Virus record (IMG/VR): IMGVR_UViG_3300028888_000043
Coordinates: 201,756-265,755 of that record
Strand: one strand, 5' to 3'
Source of the DNA: a virus
Lineage: Duplodnaviria; Heunggongvirae; Uroviricota; Caudoviricetes
Length of the DNA: 64,000 bases
Shown: positions 39,168 to 49,215 of the stretch, piece after piece
Numbering within the stretch: position 1 is the first letter of the stretch
How the letters are laid out: each line of letters begins with the position of its first letter
Made by a program: the position numbers and the translations under genes
The notes under the pieces: model-generated
The model's input: only the letters and a program-made list of their open reading frames with translations
What the model was told of the DNA's origin: nothing
Database searches by the model: none

Positions 39168-39710
39168 ATGTTAAAGAAATTTGAAGAATATATAAGAGAC
39201 AAGGGAATGAAGTCAGAGGCTTTCATTCCTGAAACTCCTGTACATTCATCAACCAAGGAAACACATGACGGAAAGGAAGTCTCTGGATTCAAGGAGGTTA
39301 TTGAAGTTGAAGGACTTGGAAAAATGAAAGCAAAACTTGATACAGGAAACACTGCCTATAATGCCATCATTGTCCAGGACTGTAAAGAAAAGGATGGAAA
39401 GGTTTCTTTTGAGTTCAATGGTGAAGAGAAGGAGTTTGATATTGTGAAGCATATCAAAATTTGGCATCATGGAAAGGCAACTGAAAGACCTGTGATAAAG
39501 GTCAACCTGAAATTCAATGGAAAGGAATATAAGGATGAACTTGTTGACTTGAAGATTTCAGACCTTACCGGTTCAAAGAATTACAGATCCAGGATGCTTC
39601 TTTGTAAAGATTTTATGTCCAGGGCCAAGATTGTGGTTGACCCAAGTAAGGAATTCAAACTGACTGACAAGAAAGAAATTAAGAAAAAGAAGAAAAAGAG
39701 TGAGAGTTAA
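39168..39710 (+). CDS. RimK-associated retropepsin-like protease (RimB-like)
   Basis: KAKLDTGN, ERPVI, MLLCKDFM. Confidence 0.8.
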   Translation: MLKKFEEYIRDKGMKSEAFIPETPVHSSTKETHDGKEVSGFKEVIEVEGLGKMKAKLDTGNTAYNAIIVQDCKEKDGKVSFEFNGEEKEFDIVKHIKIWHHGKATERPVIKVNLKFNGKEYKDELVDLKISDLTGSKNYRSRMLLCKDFMSRAKIVVDPSKEFKLTDKKEIKKKKKKSES

Positions 39711-39721
39711 TCCCACTCTTT

Positions 39722-39734
39722 TTTGTTATATTTA
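39722..39734 (+). promoter_or_regulatory. Early/middle promoter motif TTTGTTATATTTA (adjoins terminator ~39694-39724)
   Basis: Upstream of uvsX. Confidence 0.6.
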
Positions 39735-39760
39735 GTGTATAAATTTTAATTAGTTATTAT

Positions 39761-40984
39761 ATGGCAAAAGGCGGAGAATTCAGTTTTGCTGATTTGAATA
39801 AAGAAATGTCCAAGAACTCCAAGTGGGGAGGTCTGATGTCTGATGGTGCTGGTGTGTCTGCCATCACAGATTACATTCCTGTGGGTAATTACATCTGTAA
39901 TGCCTGTCTGACTGGTAGTCTGTTTGGTGGTATTCCCAATAACAGGTCTATATGTATCTCCGGTGAATCAGGTGTTGGTAAGACTTACCTTCTTCTGAAC
40001 ATTGCCAGGGAGGCACAGAAGAAAGACATCTTTGTCATTTGGTATGATTCTGAGAACTCCATTGAACAGGCGCAGTTGAAGCAGTTCGGTGTGGATCCCA
40101 GGAAGTTCCGTTATGAACCTGTTGGTACTGTCCAGGAGTTCAAGACCAACATCACCCAGACTGTTGACCTTCTTATTGAAAAGAAGGAAGCAGGTATGAC
40201 CATCCCGAAGATGCTGTTCATCCTTGATTCCGTAGGTAACCTGGCCACCCAGAAGGAAATTGATGATGCCAAGTCAGGTAATGACAAGTCTGATATGACC
40301 AGGGCCAAGCAGATCAGGTCTATCTTCAGAATCTTGATGCAGAAGATGGGTATCATTGGAGGAACATTTGCTTTCTCCAACCATGTGTATGCTGCTACTG
40401 ATGCTTATGTACCTACCAATATCCAGTCTGGTGGTAAGGGACTTGTCTATGGTGCAAGTATCATTCTCAATCTTTCCAAGGCCAAGTTGAAGGAAGGAAC
40501 TGACAACACCCAGACAGGTATCATTGTCACTGGTATGCCAGAGAAGAACAGGTTCTGTAAACCTGTCAAGGTGAAGTTCTACATTTCCTATGTGAATGGT
40601 ATGAATCCTTATGTTGGTCTGGAAGAGTACATCTCCTTTGAGAGGTGTGGTGTACAGAGAGGTAAGTTCATCACTGAGAAGGAATACTTGAAGAATCCGA
40701 GTGATGACTATATCAGGTGTGAGAACAATGGTGTCGTCCAGTACTTTGTTCCTTCTGAAACTGCCAGGGGATTCTGCCTTGATGATGGTACAACAGTTTC
40801 TCTCAACCAACTGTTCACTCCAAAGGTGTTCACCAAGGAGAGACTGGAAAGACTGGATGAATATATCAGGTCAGAGTTCAAGTATGCAGAGAGCAATGGT
40901 GTTGAGGAAGTGTTTGAGGAAGATGATGTCCCTGATGAAACTGATTCCATCGGAGATTTGATTAGCAGTCAGCTTGACAATTAA
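39761..40984 (+). CDS. uvsX: RecA-like recombinase UvsX
   Basis: GESGVGKT, YDSE, LDSVGNL, DMTRAK, SNHVY, SGGKG. Confidence 0.92.
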   Translation: MAKGGEFSFADLNKEMSKNSKWGGLMSDGAGVSAITDYIPVGNYICNACLTGSLFGGIPNNRSICISGESGVGKTYLLLNIAREAQKKDIFVIWYDSENSIEQAQLKQFGVDPRKFRYEPVGTVQEFKTNITQTVDLLIEKKEAGMTIPKMLFILDSVGNLATQKEIDDAKSGNDKSDMTRAKQIRSIFRILMQKMGIIGGTFAFSNHVYAATDAYVPTNIQSGGKGLVYGASIILNLSKAKLKEGTDNTQTGIIVTGMPEKNRFCKPVKVKFYISYVNGMNPYVGLEEYISFERCGVQRGKFITEKEYLKNPSDDYIRCENNGVVQYFVPSETARGFCLDDGTTVSLNQLFTPKVFTKERLERLDEYIRSEFKYAESNGVEEVFEEDDVPDETDSIGDLISSQLDN

Positions 40985-41017
40985 AAAAAGAGTGAGGGTT
41001 GAACCTCACTCTTTTTT
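40983..41017. terminator. Bidirectional terminator
   Basis: A-run-GAGTGAGG-gttgaa-CCTCACTC-T-run between convergent genes. Confidence 0.85.
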
Positions 41018-41019
41018 GT

Positions 41020-44000
41020 TTATTCATTTTCAATCAGGTAGTCTTCAAATGTAAGAACATCTTCTTTACTTTCAAGGATTAGATTGTCATATTCATATTC
41101 TGTATCCTCATCATATTCTTCATTGAAGAACTCTTCAATCAACAGGTCGAAGTCTGTGTAGTGTTCAAGTTCCTCATTCTTATGATTCTTATTGAAGTCC
41201 ACAGACTTGAACATCTTTCTCTTGTTGTCTGACAGGTAATCCCAGATGACCTCGACCAGATCCTTGAAGGTGTTGTGGAGTTGTTCTTCATCCTTGAAGA
41301 GATTCTTGAACCAACCCAGTTTCTCACCCTGGACACCCTGGTCTTTGAGAAGTTGTGTGAGCTGGTATTCATCATCCTTTGCAAAGGTCTTCTCCGGTCT
41401 GAAAAGGAATGGTTTGAGAACCTTGATTACATCCTTGTTGAGTTTCACATTGTTCTCTTCATCTTCCTTGTAGAGCATCTTCTTGAACTTCTTGTCATCA
41501 ACAAGTTTCTTGTAGAGTTCACCCTTCTTCAAGAGAGGAACAATCCTGATGTCAACGAAGTCATAGGTCTTCTTTCTCTTGTTTGCATCAAGGAATTTCT
41601 TGGAAGCCCTCTTGTAGTATTCCTTGTCATCACCCTTCACGAATGAAGGTTTGACAGGTTTCTTACCATTCTTTCCATCCTTCTCCCATTTTGCCACCTT
41701 CTTCTTCCAGTCATCCATAGCTTCCCTGTAAGATTCTTTGGACACCCTGTAATACTTTATGTTCTCAATGGTTGATTCATCCTTTATTGCAACCCTTGAC
41801 TTTATGTTACCATCTGCATCCTTCTTGATGGATACCTTTGATGCAAATGAACCATCAAGGAAGTCATATGCAATCTTGTTGTTTGAACTCTTGTCAGACA
41901 TAATTTCAACAAGTTCCTTCGGTGAGAAGTTACCAAGTTCAAACAATGCCTTGTTAGGCATAACCTTCTTGTCACCACCAACTATTGTTTCCCTCAAAGA
42001 GCAGTTGACTTTCTTGTCCTTTATTTCTGAATCAATGTATTTCTTACCCATACCATAAAGGACGCACTGTGATGCAAGGGTCTTCATTGTCTGACCGAGA
42101 GTCTGTCTGATGTAATCCTTTGTGTCATTGTCATTATTCTCCAAAGGTCTGAATGAGAGTCTTGAAAGGAGACCTTTCATAAAGTAAGGCTGTGGTCTCT
42201 TCCTGATTTCAACAGACTTGTTGAAGTTACATACATCAGCAGCCATCATTGTGAGTGTGTCAAAGATTACACCTATACCCACATTCTTTTCCTCTTCCTT
42301 GTCACTGTCAGATTCGGATTCGGATTCAGAACCTTCATCATCCTTGAGTTTGTCTTCCTTATGACCAGTATCATCATTGACCCTGATATAGAAAGCGATA
42401 TATTGAGGTTCTTCAATCTTCTTTCCCTCTTTCTCTTCCTTTTCCTCCTTGCTTTCATTGACCTCATTGTCACCAAACAATGACTTGTACTCATCCCAGG
42501 CATTCTTGTGAAGAGTCTTCAATGTGTCAAATGCAGGACTTGTTTCCTCAATGTCTTCTTCTTTAAGCATTTCAACCTTGTCAACCACATAAGCTGCGGA
42601 TCCTCTTGTTGAAGATGCAAAGCGGAGTTTGTATTCACCCCATTTCTTGTCATCAAAGAATGGCATCACCATAGGAAGGAAAGGTACATTAGGTGCAAGG
42701 GCATCAAACATACCATCAATCTTTGTGGTTACTGTGATGATGTCAGCGATAGAACCTGTACCATAGGTGTGGAGTTGGAGGGTGTCCAGATCCTTTCCTG
42801 CAAATTCAGCAGCCTTCTGGAAAATCTTATGTGCCCATTCCTTATTGACACCGGTAAGATAGGAAGCAAAACCATACTGACCGCCAGATGTGGCCTGTGT
42901 TGCTGTTGAACCGAGTGTTCCAAGGATGGCTGATTCAGGGAGTTGGTCTTTATAGAACTCCATTGCCTTGATGATTGGTCCGGAACCACCCCACTTTGAG
43001 GTATCAAACACATTGACCAGAGGAAGGTTTGCATTGTCCTTGAATACTGAAAGAGCATCATAGACGGCAGATGTACCTTCTGCATCATTAGGTGCTGAAA
43101 GGAACTGTTCAAGGGCATTGACATTGGCATCTGATGCACCAGGCATATCCTTTACAGCGGCAATGACATCATCCTTTGATTTGATGAGGTCATTTCCCCT
43201 GAAGTCACCACCATAGTTTTTCAATTGTTCACTGACCTCACTGAAACCACCTTCCTGGAATGCAGCCTTTGGACTTATCTTCTTGGTGATGTTATATACA
43301 AATTCACCAAACTTACTCATATCATCACCACCAGTCCATCCCATAGTGTTGCAGATTTCTCTCATAAGTGGGCCGAAGGTCTTGATGAAGGTTGCCATAC
43401 TGAACACATTGGCAATGAGTGCCAGGCCAAAGAAGATAGCAGTCTTCTTGTTAAAGAACCTTTCACCTTCTTTCCTTTCCCTGTTTCTTCTATAAATGAG
43501 TTTCAGCATACCGATACCATTCCAGGTCACACCTACCAATGCTGCGATGAATGTTGCGAGAGCACCGCCAAGTCCGGCAAGAAGGAGAACCTTCGGAAGA
43601 AGCCATACAATGAGAGATGCACAGATACCAATAAGGAGGCACTTCCACCAACTCATCTTTGTGCCGTCAGATTTGTAACCGGCAAGCCAGGCAATGAACT
43701 TATTGTCAACTATTGATTCTTCAAGATAAGATTCAGTCATCAACTTGGTTGCATTCTCCTTATCCTTGGAAAGCATTGCCTCAACCCTTAAAATGATATT
43801 GTTGATGAATGACCTTTCTGATCTCTTTTCTGCATTCTTGTAGATACCTTCTGAATCCTCAAGGTCAATGGTGGCGGGTTCTTCACCTTCTTCCATTTTG
43901 AGACCTCCAAGTTTCTTGACGACATCGACAAGGTTGTCACCAAGTGATGTGAACACATCAAGAATCTTGTCAATGAATTTCTGGATAGTGTCTACACCCT

Positions 44001-44592
44001 TCTTTACAATGTCATTTACCAGTTCTTTTAGAGCATTGTATTTCTCCTCAAAGTCTTTCTTTGCTTCCTTGGCCCAGGTAACAAGATCATCCTTCTTTGC
44101 CTTGACCACATCAACAGTCTTCACAGAGATGTCCTTTGCTCCATTGATGACACTTTTTGTCACATTGATGAGACCTTCCTTACCTTTCTTCAAGAGGTCT
44201 TTGAGTTTACCTTCATCAAGTGAAAGTGTATTGGCAAGTGTTTCAGAATCATATTCAACACCTTCTTCAAGGACTGAATCCTGATTGATGATTGCCTCAT
44301 AGATGGAAAGTTCATCCTTCATATTTTCCTCAAACTGATTGAGCATTTCATTGAAGATACAAGAGGCTGCAATTTTTTCCTCCCTGTTGAAGCGGATGTC
44401 TTTCCTGTATGCCTTTTTTGCAGATTCATTGAGACTACTTGATTCAAGAGCAATATTCCTTTTCACAAAGAAAGTGAGTTTGTCCATCATGGAAGCAATG
44501 GCATCAGAATATTGGTGAGATTCATTTAACTGTCCCAGCTCATTGAAATTGATATCAGAGATAGACTGATAATCTCTAAATGTTAAAATCAT
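41020..44592 (-). CDS. Large late protein with central transmembrane helices (putative virion ejection/membrane protein)
   Basis: Hydrophobic stretches around aa 316-405; several L/I-x-E sites; late promoter. Confidence 0.55.
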   Translation of the reverse strand: MILTFRDYQSISDINFNELGQLNESHQYSDAIASMMDKLTFFVKRNIALESSSLNESAKKAYRKDIRFNREEKIAASCIFNEMLNQFEENMKDELSIYEAIINQDSVLEEGVEYDSETLANTLSLDEGKLKDLLKKGKEGLINVTKSVINGAKDISVKTVDVVKAKKDDLVTWAKEAKKDFEEKYNALKELVNDIVKKGVDTIQKFIDKILDVFTSLGDNLVDVVKKLGGLKMEEGEEPATIDLEDSEGIYKNAEKRSERSFINNIILRVEAMLSKDKENATKLMTESYLEESIVDNKFIAWLAGYKSDGTKMSWWKCLLIGICASLIVWLLPKVLLLAGLGGALATFIAALVGVTWNGIGMLKLIYRRNRERKEGERFFNKKTAIFFGLALIANVFSMATFIKTFGPLMREICNTMGWTGGDDMSKFGEFVYNITKKISPKAAFQEGGFSEVSEQLKNYGGDFRGNDLIKSKDDVIAAVKDMPGASDANVNALEQFLSAPNDAEGTSAVYDALSVFKDNANLPLVNVFDTSKWGGSGPIIKAMEFYKDQLPESAILGTLGSTATQATSGGQYGFASYLTGVNKEWAHKIFQKAAEFAGKDLDTLQLHTYGTGSIADIITVTTKIDGMFDALAPNVPFLPMVMPFFDDKKWGEYKLRFASSTRGSAAYVVDKVEMLKEEDIEETSPAFDTLKTLHKNAWDEYKSLFGDNEVNESKEEKEEKEGKKIEEPQYIAFYIRVNDDTGHKEDKLKDDEGSESESESDSDKEEEKNVGIGVIFDTLTMMAADVCNFNKSVEIRKRPQPYFMKGLLSRLSFRPLENNDNDTKDYIRQTLGQTMKTLASQCVLYGMGKKYIDSEIKDKKVNCSLRETIVGGDKKVMPNKALFELGNFSPKELVEIMSDKSSNNKIAYDFLDGSFASKVSIKKDADGNIKSRVAIKDESTIENIKYYRVSKESYREAMDDWKKKVAKWEKDGKNGKKPVKPSFVKGDDKEYYKRASKKFLDANKRKKTYDFVDIRIVPLLKKGELYKKLVDDKKFKKMLYKEDEENNVKLNKDVIKVLKPFLFRPEKTFAKDDEYQLTQLLKDQGVQGEKLGWFKNLFKDEEQLHNTFKDLVEVIWDYLSDNKRKMFKSVDFNKNHKNEELEHYTDFDLLIEEFFNEEYDEDTEYEYDNLILESKEDVLTFEDYLIENE

Positions 44593-44622
44593 ATCTTTTA
44601 TCTTATTATATAAAGTATAAGT

Positions 44623-44667
44623 TATTTATGGATTCCCAGAAATATCCTATGTTTTTTGTTATTTTTA
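44623..44667. promoter_or_regulatory. Divergent late (CATAAATA, -, 44623-44630) and early/middle (TTTGTTATTTTTA, +, 44655-44667) promoters
   Basis: Both motifs in the divergent intergenic gap. Confidence 0.7.
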
Positions 44668-44689
44668 TGCTGATAAGATTTGCTTTATT

Positions 44690-44956
44690 ATGAGAAATAT
44701 TGACAAGGATAAAGTAGAGGTAAAATACATCACCGGTCTCAACAAATGTTTACCTGGGTATCCTAAACCCTTGGACATACTGTATGAGAGTTGTATTGAA
44801 AGTGCAGACAGTAACCTTTTTTCAGAAGCCAAAATGGAAAACAAGTATAACCTGGATGAAGAGGGAATTTCAAAGATTATTGAAACCCTTGAAAGTCAGG
44901 GTTATATCAAGAAAAATAATACAAGATATAAAATCATCAACACACCATGGGATTAA
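44690..44956 (+). CDS. Small winged-helix-like protein
   Basis: ISKIIETLESQGYIKK pattern; overlaps helicase start. Confidence 0.45.
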   Translation: MRNIDKDKVEVKYITGLNKCLPGYPKPLDILYESCIESADSNLFSEAKMENKYNLDEEGISKIIETLESQGYIKKNNTRYKIINTPWD

Positions 44957-46284
44957 AGACAAGTATAGACCAGGAGAAAATAATCTTTGCACATGCATTG
45001 AAGAAACCCCAATATCTTATGTATATGGGGGGAGACTTTTTTACCAATCCTGAACTCCAGTATCTGGCCAACAATGCAAAGCTGTTCTTTCAGGAATACA
45101 AGGAATCTCCTACTTGCGAGCAGATGAAATCCATTATCAAGGGTGACAAGAAAGAACTGTCACCAGAGATTGTGGACAGTCTGTATGACATAGAGATTTC
45201 AGCATATGAAAGTGAGTGGCTTTCCAATATCACGGAAGGGTGGATCCGTTTCAGGACACTGAACCACAATATGTTCGCTGCTGCTACCCTTATGAAGACC
45301 ACAGACATCTCACTTGAAAATGTCAATGAGATTGTGGAGAAGGCTGCATCTATGGTTGGTGATACCAACCTACTTAACTTTGACAGGGATCTTGGTGATG
45401 ACTTCTGGGATGTTGATAGTCACAGGAATCTGAAAGCGGAGAAAGTACCATCAAGTTGGGAATACTGGAACAAGGTTTCACATGGCGGTCTTGACAGGAA
45501 GACTCTTACCTGTTATATTGGAGGCACCAATGTTGGTAAGTCCATCATCCTTTGTAATGAGGCTGCCAACTATGTGAGGATGGGTAAGAATGTTCTGTTT
45601 GTCACTTGTGAGATGGCAAAGGAGAAGGTGACCAGACGTATTTCTGCCAACCTGTTTGATATGAACTTGGAGGACTATGACAAACTGGTTGAGAACCCTG
45701 CCAAGGTCAAGAAGAAGATAAATAATTTCAGGAGTTCCAGTTTCTTTGAACCAGGTAAACTTCGTATCAAGGAACTACCTACTGGTCAGGGTACAGTCCT
45801 GGATGTTGAGAGATATATCAAGGAGGTTGAGGAGACATATAAGTATAAGGTGGATGTTGTCATCATTGACTATATCAACATTATGTGTAACTACCGTCAA
45901 CCCAACTCTGAGAACACTTATTTGAAAATCAAGACTCTGGCAGAGGATTTGAGAGGTCTTGCAGTCAAGTATGATGTACTTATGATTACTGCATCCCAGA
46001 TTGGTAGGAGTGCCCTTGACAGTTCTGACATCAATATCACCGATGTGTCCGAGTCAATGGGACTCATGCACACTGTTGACAACTGTATCGGTATCATCCA
46101 GACAGAAGAGATGAGAATAGGGGAACTGATTGAAGGTGTTGCTGTTCCATATTATTGGTTCAAGATTCTGAAAATCAGGGAAGGTGAAGGAAAGGACACA
46201 AAGTTCAGGGTTGACATTGCATATAACAAGATGAAACTCATTGAAAGAACTGATTGTGTCAATACAAATGAACATATTGCTTAA
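44947..46284 (+). CDS. gp41: Replicative DnaB-like helicase (gp41)
   Basis: GGTNVGKS, VTCEM, IIDYINI, LAEDLR, TASQIGR, SESMG. Confidence 0.92.
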   Translation: MGLKTSIDQEKIIFAHALKKPQYLMYMGGDFFTNPELQYLANNAKLFFQEYKESPTCEQMKSIIKGDKKELSPEIVDSLYDIEISAYESEWLSNITEGWIRFRTLNHNMFAAATLMKTTDISLENVNEIVEKAASMVGDTNLLNFDRDLGDDFWDVDSHRNLKAEKVPSSWEYWNKVSHGGLDRKTLTCYIGGTNVGKSIILCNEAANYVRMGKNVLFVTCEMAKEKVTRRISANLFDMNLEDYDKLVENPAKVKKKINNFRSSSFFEPGKLRIKELPTGQGTVLDVERYIKEVEETYKYKVDVVIIDYINIMCNYRQPNSENTYLKIKTLAEDLRGLAVKYDVLMITASQIGRSALDSSDINITDVSESMGLMHTVDNCIGIIQTEEMRIGELIEGVAVPYYWFKILKIREGEGKDTKFRVDIAYNKMKLIERTDCVNTNEHIA

Positions 46285-46287
46285 TAT

Positions 46288-47403
46288 ATGGTTGAAGTAA
46301 AGATTGGAAACAAGAGAAAGGATTTGTCCAACTGTCTGTTTGTAAGGTCAAACACAAGTAATATTGATCCGGACTATTGGTATGCGGAACTGTTTGACAA
46401 TTTTCCTATATATCAGGTTGCTGTTGAAATAGACAGGGAGGATGATGAAGAAGATTTTGACATTTACAACAAGATATTTGAAGACCTTGTTACTTCCGGT
46501 GAGTTCACTCCATTGAAGTGTGAGTACAGCAGGGACAAGAAAAAGGATGAGAATGGTGATGTTTCAAAATATGAAACTTATTCCGACAGATATTATATTG
46601 TACACAATGAAGAACCGTTTATGATTCTTTATGAATTTGGTTCACTTACTGTCACTTCATATCTTGGTGTGGATAAACTCAATGCCTTTGTTGAAAAATA
46701 TCTGATGAAGTACAGTCAGGATTATGAGAGTGTGAAGTGCAGTATCATTGTAAAGGACTCCAAACTGTATCTTGAAGAGTTTGATATTGACATCAAGGGT
46801 GACCTTGACTTTGATATGTACAACAAGGGATTTGACAAGGTACATAAGACCATTGTTGATTCAATAAAGAATGATAACAATGGACTTTACTTCCTGTATG
46901 GAAAGGCAGGTACAGGAAAGACAACATATATCAGGCATCTCATCAAGGAGTGTGGGACTGATAAGAGGAAGTTCATCTATGTTCCAACCAAGTTATTTGA
47001 GGATTTCACTGATCCTGGTATCCTCCCATTCCTTATGGAGAACAAGGGTTGTGTCTATATCATCGAGGACTGTGAAAGTCTGGTGACTATTGATGACGGG
47101 ATGAGGAATGAAAGCATTGCAGACCTACTCAATATGACAGACGGACTTCTTGCGGATGCTCTGAATATCAAGATTATCTGTACTTTCAACAGTGATTATG
47201 ACAAGATTGACAATGCCCTTTTGAGACCAGGAAGATGCAGGTGCAAGTATGAGTTTGACCTGTTGGACAAGGATAGGGCGAACAAGGTTGCCAAGAAACT
47301 GAATTTGAAGAAAGTTGACAAGGATGTCTCTTTGGCGGAACTTTTCAATCCTGATATAGAGAAGTTTGAAGAAAAGAAGAAGAGGATTGGATTTTCCAAT
47401 TAA
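46288..47403 (+). CDS. AAA+ ATPase
   Basis: GKAGTGKT, IIEDCE, LLNMTDG, ALLRPGR, RIGF tail. Confidence 0.88.
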   Translation: MVEVKIGNKRKDLSNCLFVRSNTSNIDPDYWYAELFDNFPIYQVAVEIDREDDEEDFDIYNKIFEDLVTSGEFTPLKCEYSRDKKKDENGDVSKYETYSDRYYIVHNEEPFMILYEFGSLTVTSYLGVDKLNAFVEKYLMKYSQDYESVKCSIIVKDSKLYLEEFDIDIKGDLDFDMYNKGFDKVHKTIVDSIKNDNNGLYFLYGKAGTGKTTYIRHLIKECGTDKRKFIYVPTKLFEDFTDPGILPFLMENKGCVYIIEDCESLVTIDDGMRNESIADLLNMTDGLLADALNIKIICTFNSDYDKIDNALLRPGRCRCKYEFDLLDKDRANKVAKKLNLKKVDKDVSLAELFNPDIEKFEEKKKRIGFSN

Positions 47404-47456
47404 AATATTTGGAAATACCACAAAAATGTTGTATATTTGTAGTAGAAATCTGAGTT

Positions 47457-48248
47457 ATGAGAATTATTGATAATAAGAAAGACTACTATGATTACCTGGC
47501 AGGTGTCTGGGGAATAGATGAGTATATCACCTATGATCGTAGAAACTCCAAGCGCCTGTTCAATAAGGCCGGAGACATAATGTCAGACAGATACCCTATG
47601 GGTTATGGTAATATCTTCTGCCCTTGGAAGAATGGGAATGACCCCAAGAGAGAGGGATATCCTGTTGAGATTTATGACTGGGATAACGGTATACCCAACC
47701 AGGGTTGGAGATACAGGAAATATGGTAATGGCTGGGCTCCCCAGAATTCCCAGAAGTTCCCTGATGCCTATAATGTGAAAACCAATTTCTTCACCATCAT
47801 CATCGGTTCTGTCGTCTATGATTTCATCGTGTATCGTGTCCTTCAGAACCAGACAGACAAGGAGGTGAAGATTATACCAAAACTCTGGAAAAAATACACC
47901 ATCAACAGGTCATTGACTGAATCCAAGGCACCAATCCTGATTGGTGATTTGTACTATGACAAGAGGAACATTCGTTGGAGGTCTTGTTTTGACAGGGATG
48001 AGGAATATTATAGGCATCTCTCACAGTTTGGTTATGTAAAACCTGGCAACAATGGTGAGTATATGGAGAATCCAATCCTGGATGGTACTTGGATTCCTTC
48101 TATGATTCCTGCAACGGAAGTATGGAACAATATCACTGATTATCTCCTGTCCATCAAGGAACCGAAGATTGTTGATAACAGGACTGATGTCCAGCATCTG
48201 GAGTCCCATGGATTTGATAAGAAGACTTCTTTCAGAAATGTGAAGTAA
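47457..48248 (+). CDS. Hypothetical protein
   Basis: 263-aa ORF preceded by TATATTTG at 47432-47439. Confidence 0.65.
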   Translation: MRIIDNKKDYYDYLAGVWGIDEYITYDRRNSKRLFNKAGDIMSDRYPMGYGNIFCPWKNGNDPKREGYPVEIYDWDNGIPNQGWRYRKYGNGWAPQNSQKFPDAYNVKTNFFTIIIGSVVYDFIVYRVLQNQTDKEVKIIPKLWKKYTINRSLTESKAPILIGDLYYDKRNIRWRSCFDRDEEYYRHLSQFGYVKPGNNGEYMENPILDGTWIPSMIPATEVWNNITDYLLSIKEPKIVDNRTDVQHLESHGFDKKTSFRNVK

Positions 48249-48332
48249 ACTTTATCCATAATCTTTTTTCTTTGTTGTTTTTCTCCCATCTATAAATACT
48301 TATAGGTGGGAGGTTTTTTATATAGTTAAGTT

Positions 48333-49172
48333 ATGGATTTTCAACCGATAATCAAGTGGGTGGGAAGTAAAAGAATTCAAAGTGAAGAGATAATATCTTA
48401 CTTCCCTGATTATATCAGCACATATTATGAACCGTTTTGTGGGGGATGTTCTGTCCTCTTCCAGCTCCTCAAATCCAAAAATCATCAGGTAAACAGGTAT
48501 GTCTGTTCTGACATCAATGGTGATTTGATAGACCTGTGGAACACCATCAAGAGAGATCCTGATGGTCTTTTCGATGAGTACACAAGGATGTGGACTGAGA
48601 TGCATGGGATGGAAGACAGACAGGATATGAGGAGGTATTTTGAGATGGTCAGGGAGGAATTCAATCAGACCAGGAGTCCTTATTGTTATTTCTTCCTGAT
48701 GAGGACATGTACCAATGGTATTCCAAGATACAACAAGTATGGAGAGTTCAACAATTCATTTCATATCACCAGGGATGGTATCAAACCGAAGAGACTCAAA
48801 AAGGTGATAGATTACTGGAGCGGGGCATTGAACAAGAGCAATGTTATATTTAAAAGGTGTGATTACAGAATGATGCTGGAAGCAATGGACCTGGATGATT
48901 TTGCTTATCTTGACCCACCTTATGAGATGACCAGGAGTACAGGAAAGTACTTTGGAAAAATTGATTATTTTGACTTGTTTGACAGGATTAGAGTCCTTGC
49001 TGACAGGGGAATACATTTCAGTTTGAGTTTTGATCCGAAGGATGAGATGTTGATGGTCCCGGAAGACTGTTATGAGAACATGGTGAATATTGCAACCAGG
49101 CCTGGTGGATACAGGAGAACCCTGTTGAAGATGGATAATAAGGACAAGTATGAAAATTTGTACATCAACTGA
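48333..49172 (+). CDS. dam: DNA adenine methyltransferase, Dam/D12 class
   Basis: KWVGSK, YYEPFCGG, SDIN, YLDPPY. Confidence 0.88.
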   Translation: MDFQPIIKWVGSKRIQSEEIISYFPDYISTYYEPFCGGCSVLFQLLKSKNHQVNRYVCSDINGDLIDLWNTIKRDPDGLFDEYTRMWTEMHGMEDRQDMRRYFEMVREEFNQTRSPYCYFFLMRTCTNGIPRYNKYGEFNNSFHITRDGIKPKRLKKVIDYWSGALNKSNVIFKRCDYRMMLEAMDLDDFAYLDPPYEMTRSTGKYFGKIDYFDLFDRIRVLADRGIHFSLSFDPKDEMLMVPEDCYENMVNIATRPGGYRRTLLKMDNKDKYENLYIN

Positions 49173-49177
49173 TGTTT

Positions 49178-49185
49178 CATAAATA
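49178..49185 (+). promoter_or_regulatory. Late promoter CATAAATA
   Basis: 30 nt upstream of ATG 49216. Confidence 0.75.
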
Positions 49186-49215
49186 CCTTATATTATATAA
49201 CTACAACAATAAGAT

